This document shows positions 28,369 to 32,000 of a stretch of DNA of 32,000 nt, one piece after another (positions within the stretch are counted from its first letter, which is position 1; the number at the start of each line of letters is the position of its first letter). The notes beneath the pieces were generated by a model, which saw only the letters and a list, made by a program, of their open reading frames with translations, was not told the origin of the DNA and ran no database searches. The translations under genes were made by a program, and so were the position numbers. This DNA is from Opitutales bacterium (lineage in GTDB: Bacteria; Verrucomicrobiota; Verrucomicrobiia; Opitutales; PNEW01), in the NCBI GenBank assembly GCA_965219535.1, contig CBDCNV010000002.1, positions 2,190,001 to 2,222,000 on the forward strand, read 5' to 3'.

Positions 28369-28425
28369 TAAATGAAAAGAAGAGTTGAGCGCGGGCGCTT
28401 GTCCGATTAGCTCCGCCTATGAAAT

Positions 28426-29265
28426 TCAATTGCTGAAATCTACGGTCTTCATTAATTCGCGGACATAGCCGTTTGTTACCGAAGCATGGTTATTATCAGC
28501 CGCGTTTATTTCATTTTCGATTGCCTTAAAATCTTCATTGCAGAGTGTATCCAGAGAATCGAGCAAATTATCAAAAGTCTGTTGTATATCAGCTATACTT
28601 GATCCTTCTTGTTGTTGTATGATTTCTCTATAGTAGGATTTTAAATTCAGGCGTGGTATGGTAATTGCATGGTACCGCGTGCCGCGGACGCTGGCACTAT
28701 GTCTCTCCGCAATTGAATTATAAATCTGTTCTTCATCTTGAAGCGCTTCTGCCGCCCTGAAAGCACGATCCATTTCATGCTGAGCGGTATCTGAAAACGT
28801 TTTATTTTTCTGGTCATAATCTGAGGTCATCGTATTGCGGGCGCTTCCGATAAGTCGGCTCAGATTAGCGACTTTGGATTTAACATTATCAAAACTGGAC
28901 TGTATATCTTTATAATTCGCTTTAATGGACTCCGATTCCTGGTACTCCTCATCGGAATCTGATAAAATCATCCCAACTTCCAAATCTATTCGGTCTTTAA
29001 GGTTTTTTGCCTTCGTGATTATTTTCGTTAAAAACCTTTTTTCCTCTCTCAATTGCTTTTTCAGTTCCGCCATCTCTGAATCTTTTCTTTTGCGGGACCC
29101 TAAAAAGCTGAATGTTCGGTCGAGGAAGTTATAGGAATTTTCAATCTCTGTGAGATCGCCGTTTATCTCTTCAAAGAGTTGGACTTGCATCTCTTTCGCC
29201 AGATTAAGCTTATAACGCTCATTGATCAGCGTTTTGACATTATCTGGTACGGTGAGCGTTTCCAT
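28426..29265 (-). CDS. Hypothetical charged, predicted alpha-helical/coiled-coil protein
   Basis: This 279-aa uninterrupted ORF has about 37% GC. It has no transmembrane segment and no motif I recognise. It lies 150 nt downstream of, and co-oriented with, the pseudopilin-like gene 29416-29874. Confidence 0.6.
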   Translation of the reverse strand: METLTVPDNVKTLINERYKLNLAKEMQVQLFEEINGDLTEIENSYNFLDRTFSFLGSRKRKDSEMAELKKQLREEKRFLTKIITKAKNLKDRIDLEVGMILSDSDEEYQESESIKANYKDIQSSFDNVKSKVANLSRLIGSARNTMTSDYDQKNKTFSDTAQHEMDRAFRAAEALQDEEQIYNSIAERHSASVRGTRYHAITIPRLNLKSYYREIIQQQEGSSIADIQQTFDNLLDSLDTLCNEDFKAIENEINAADNNHASVTNGYVRELMKTVDFSN

Positions 29266-29415
29266 TAGTATGAATCTTTAAATGAACCCCTGCACAGAAA
29301 ATTTCGACTGACTGTTATTCTGCGCTTTCCAGCAAAGCTTTATATTTTATAAAATAAACTTAAAAGTGAGGTCAATATTTCTCGTAGCTTAAAATCGTGA
29401 AAAAAGTAGGTTTAC

Positions 29416-29874
29416 TTATTCCAGGGCAAGCTGGTAGTTCATTGCCCCTCTTTTCTGAAAGCGACCTGTAGACAAATCGCCATCATCTATATATTCATCC
29501 ATCTCTATCATGACCGCGAGGTTGGCGTTGGGTTTTTGTAACATTAAAGTCGCTTGGGCTTGCAGCCAAATATACCCACTGCCCTGTCCGCTGCCCATCG
29601 CGTATTTACTCGGCAAATAACCTTCCATTCCAGTGGGAATTTGGTTCAATCCCGCGGTGGGTGGCCATTGGCCATGTTCAGTATTATAGAATTCAAAGGC
29701 ATTGGTGAATTCAACAATATCATTTATCAATACAGTGGATTGAGTTTCTTCGTTGGATTTATTCGTCGCCGGTATTAAAAAAGTTGCGAGAATTCCAATG
29801 ATCACGACAACAACCATGATTTCCACGAGGGTGAAACCTTTTTCCAGGGAGAGACTCTGAGACTTGGCGGTCAT
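29416..29874 (-). CDS. Prepilin-type N-terminal cleavage/methylation domain protein (pseudopilin-like)
   Basis: It has the motifs GFTLVEIMVVVVIIGILA, IPTGMEGYL and DDGDLSTGRF. It is a paralogue of 26475-26951. Confidence 0.85.
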   Translation of the reverse strand: MTAKSQSLSLEKGFTLVEIMVVVVIIGILATFLIPATNKSNEETQSTVLINDIVEFTNAFEFYNTEHGQWPPTAGLNQIPTGMEGYLPSKYAMGSGQGSGYIWLQAQATLMLQKPNANLAVMIEMDEYIDDGDLSTGRFQKRGAMNYQLALE

Positions 29875-30184
29875 TAATAGAAAATATAGAGCTACAAAAT
29901 TATTGGGACGTTACATATTACGCCTAAAAGGATACTTTTCAAGTATGAATCCTCTTCCAATCAAAGTCCCCCCAAAGGGGCGGTGACCGTGTAACGATCG
30001 GGCGCTGTTGAATAATAAATTAACGGGAATGCCGGACCCGTCACTTGTATAATTTCGATTGGCGCTTTTCATTAATTTAAACGGAACCTGAAAAATTTGC
30101 TGCGTATTATGGACACTATTATCTATCAAGGATTTCTCTCAGTTAATATAATATAGATACCGCATTTAATTTATCAAGTTAAAA

Positions 30185-30222
30185 TAGGTAAAAAAACAGT
30201 AAATAATAGGGTTTTAACCCTA
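30185..30222 (-). terminator. Possible intrinsic terminator downstream of the dehydratase gene
   Basis: The minus strand reads TAGGGTT-AA-AACCCTA followed by TTATTTACTGTTTTTTTACC. The stem is short and AT-rich, so this call is weak. Confidence 0.35.
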
Positions 30223-30269
30223 AATGCACTATTTTAGAGAAACTGCTGGAATTTTACCTTAGAATGCCT

Positions 30270-31415
30270 CTACCAGTTGTTCAAAGACCCGTCGCGCCGA
30301 TAAATATGAGGTGCCTCCCAAAATTTAAAGGGTTCTTTGGTGGCGAGATCTTCATTAACATCTATACCCAACCCGGGGCCCTCAGGCACGGGAAATCGGG
30401 CCCCCTCTAATTTGGGTTGTAGGGGAAAGATATCATCATCCTTTGAGGCCTGGTCTTTTGGTAACGCTTGTGCTTCCAGCCAGGCAAAATTGGTTACTGC
30501 CGCCGCCATTTGGATCGTCGCTGCGGTGCAGATGGGGCCCAATGGATCGTGAGGCATGAGTTCGATATAGTGTGCCTCCGCCATGCTTGCTACTTTCATC
30601 GCTTCGGTGAAGCCCCCAACATTGCAGATATCGATACGCGCAAAATTGGTAATGCCCCGTTCGATGTAAGGCAGAAAGTGCCATTTGCTCGATATCTCTT
30701 CACCAATTGCAAAGGGGACATCGGTCATCGTTCGCAGTGATTCATAGGCTTCTGGAGTTTCATCGCGGATGGGTTCCTCCAGAAAATCAATCGTGCCTGA
30801 AGGCATTCGCTGACAAAAAGACGCGGCTTCTGCTACATTCAAACGGTGATGGTAGTCAATGCCGAGAACCGGCTCATTGCCGACAGCTTCTCTCAGCTTG
30901 GTTAACCAGGTAGCGGTTGGAGCAATGGATTCGCGTGGCTCAAAAACTCCATCCTGCTTTGCAGCAAAGCCAGTTCGTATCACATTCCACCCTTTTTCGA
31001 TCAATAAATTTGTATCATCGATCATCTGAGGAGCCGAGTTCATGGGGATCGTTGCAAAGCAGGGAACGAAATCGCGTTGTTTTCCCCCCAGCAGCTGATA
31101 GACAGGGATATTGAGTGCCTTACCAACGATATCATGAAGCGCGATGTCGATTGCTGAAATAGCCGCGCTGAGAACACGGCCGCCCTCAAAGTACTGGCAG
31201 CGGTACATTTCCTGCCACAGAGCACCCCTATGCATAGGGTCTCGGCCGATGAGGAACTCACGGTAATGCTTGACCGCACCTGCGACAGCTAATTCGCGAC
31301 CGGATAGCCCTGATTCTCCCCAACCGTAAATTCCCTCATCAGTTTCAACCTTGACGAGCATTTGGTTGCGTCTTCCCACCCAGACGGGGTAAGGTTTTAT
31401 ATCAGTAATTTTCAT
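30270..31415 (-). CDS. Enolase-superfamily acid-sugar dehydratase (D-galactonate / D-mannonate dehydratase-like, MR/MLE family)
   Basis: The 381-aa product reads MKITDIKPY..VKVETDEGIYGWGE, then IDYHHRL, FLEEP, AIGEE, HDPLGPI and a C-terminal ..DGSLNNW. This resembles the DgoD/ManD subgroup. Confidence 0.85.
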   Translation of the reverse strand: MKITDIKPYPVWVGRRNQMLVKVETDEGIYGWGESGLSGRELAVAGAVKHYREFLIGRDPMHRGALWQEMYRCQYFEGGRVLSAAISAIDIALHDIVGKALNIPVYQLLGGKQRDFVPCFATIPMNSAPQMIDDTNLLIEKGWNVIRTGFAAKQDGVFEPRESIAPTATWLTKLREAVGNEPVLGIDYHHRLNVAEAASFCQRMPSGTIDFLEEPIRDETPEAYESLRTMTDVPFAIGEEISSKWHFLPYIERGITNFARIDICNVGGFTEAMKVASMAEAHYIELMPHDPLGPICTAATIQMAAAVTNFAWLEAQALPKDQASKDDDIFPLQPKLEGARFPVPEGPGLGIDVNEDLATKEPFKFWEAPHIYRRDGSLNNW

Positions 31416-31537
31416 AGGGTTACTTTATTAAATTAATTTAGACGCTAGACTTATGAATTTACAATTCTCGTGGCAAATAGAATCTAAATCGATTGCGGAT
31501 TGTCCCTAATGGTTATCAAATATTCATGTATTTACTT

Positions 31538-31776
31538 TTGTCATTGCGAGCGAAGCGAAGCAACCCAGGGGGATGTCGGTTGCGTAAGTAAAGTCTCAGG
31601 GTGTTAGGGTTTACTCTCACTTGAACGTATGCCTAACTTGAACAGATGAACCATCATGGGAAAGACTTGAGTGGTTCCTTTTATTCGAATGCAAAATGAC
31701 AATTCGCCTGGAATGGAAGATGTCGCTGCGCTCGGTAGCCACGTCTCCCGCTGTTGCGGGATCCTCGCAATGACAA
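31538..31776 (+). repeat. Miniature copy (239 bp) of the GIY-YIG element with one short and one long arm
   Basis: The left arm, TTGTCATTGCGAGCGAAGCGAAGCAACCCAGGGGGATGTC, is the short type found beside the intact gene. The right arm, read as reverse complement from 31776, is TTGTCATTGCGAGGATCCCGCAACAGCGGGAGACGTGGCTACCGAGCGCAGCGACATCTTCCATTCCAGGCGAATTGTCATT. The interior TAACTTGAACAGATGAACCATCATGGGAAAGACTTGAGTGG aligns with TAATTGAAGCAGAGAACCCCCATTGGAAAGATCTGAGCGG of the intact gene. Confidence 0.85.
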
Positions 31777-32000
31777 GATGGAAAGCAATCGCGACAAGAT
31801 TTAAATTCACGACTATCGGTCGACGGCACTTACGCTGTCTACCTTTGAGCACTTAGTGAAGTGTAGGTAGCTGGTTAATGTCTATCCATTATGTATCATC
31901 CACAATTTTGACTTATTGGCCCCTTTTGATCGTACGAATGTTTAGTCAGAGTATCCAAATATAATTAAGGCTGTCCCAAAGGATAATTGATCACAAAAGC

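Noticed and set aside
28388-28399. The palindrome AGCGCGGGCGCT between convergent genes might be a bidirectional terminator.
   Set aside because: The stem is effectively 4-5 bp with a minimal loop, and no U-tract lies on either side.
29911-30129. A 72-aa ORF sits in the 395-bp gap between the dehydratase and the pseudopilin gene.
   Set aside because: It has odd composition, no recognisable motif or ribosome-binding site, and no support beyond being open. The region is more likely promoter or leader DNA.

Overview
The window is a 32-kb chromosomal segment whose backbone runs at roughly 37-47% GC in hand-counted 60-nt samples. Gene content (prepilin-type proteins, Na+-NQR, a BNR/Asp-box protein, an Ig-like surface protein) hints at a marine PVC-type bacterium (Lentisphaerae/Verrucomicrobia-like), but that assignment is low confidence.

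Ordinary content:
- A complete minus-strand nqrABCDEF-apbE-nqrM cluster (7290-14475).
- A minus-strand three-gene block of hypothetical protein, MetE-like enzyme and PHP phosphoesterase (15359-18835).
- A divergent plus-strand block of PhyH dioxygenase, SDR, PIMT, M20 peptidase and class-III aminotransferase (19111-24169).
- A second PhyH, a second M20, an enolase-superfamily acid-sugar dehydratase, two prepilin-type paralogues, a BNR/Asp-box protein and a SAM methyltransferase.

Mobile DNA is dense:
- A partial IS481-family element sits at the left edge.
- An IS3-family element appears to split a secreted Ig-like protein gene, and its orfA carries an in-frame TGA.
- A 735-bp IS1595-family element has perfect 15-bp inverted repeats (IRs) and an 8-bp target duplication.

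The most interesting signal is a repeat family with conserved termini TTGTCATTGCGAGG...CCTCGCAATGACAA. One 429-bp copy (24193-24621) carries an intact small GIY-YIG nuclease gene between terminal inverted repeats. Three 239-273-bp copies (4585-4835, 14741-15013, 31538-31776) are collinear, internally deleted and stop-riddled relics of the same gene between the same arms. A fifth truncated copy abuts the IS481 element. I read this as a candidate GIY-YIG-encoding mobile element with miniature non-autonomous derivatives. The repeats and alignments are seen in the sequence, whereas mobility is inference.
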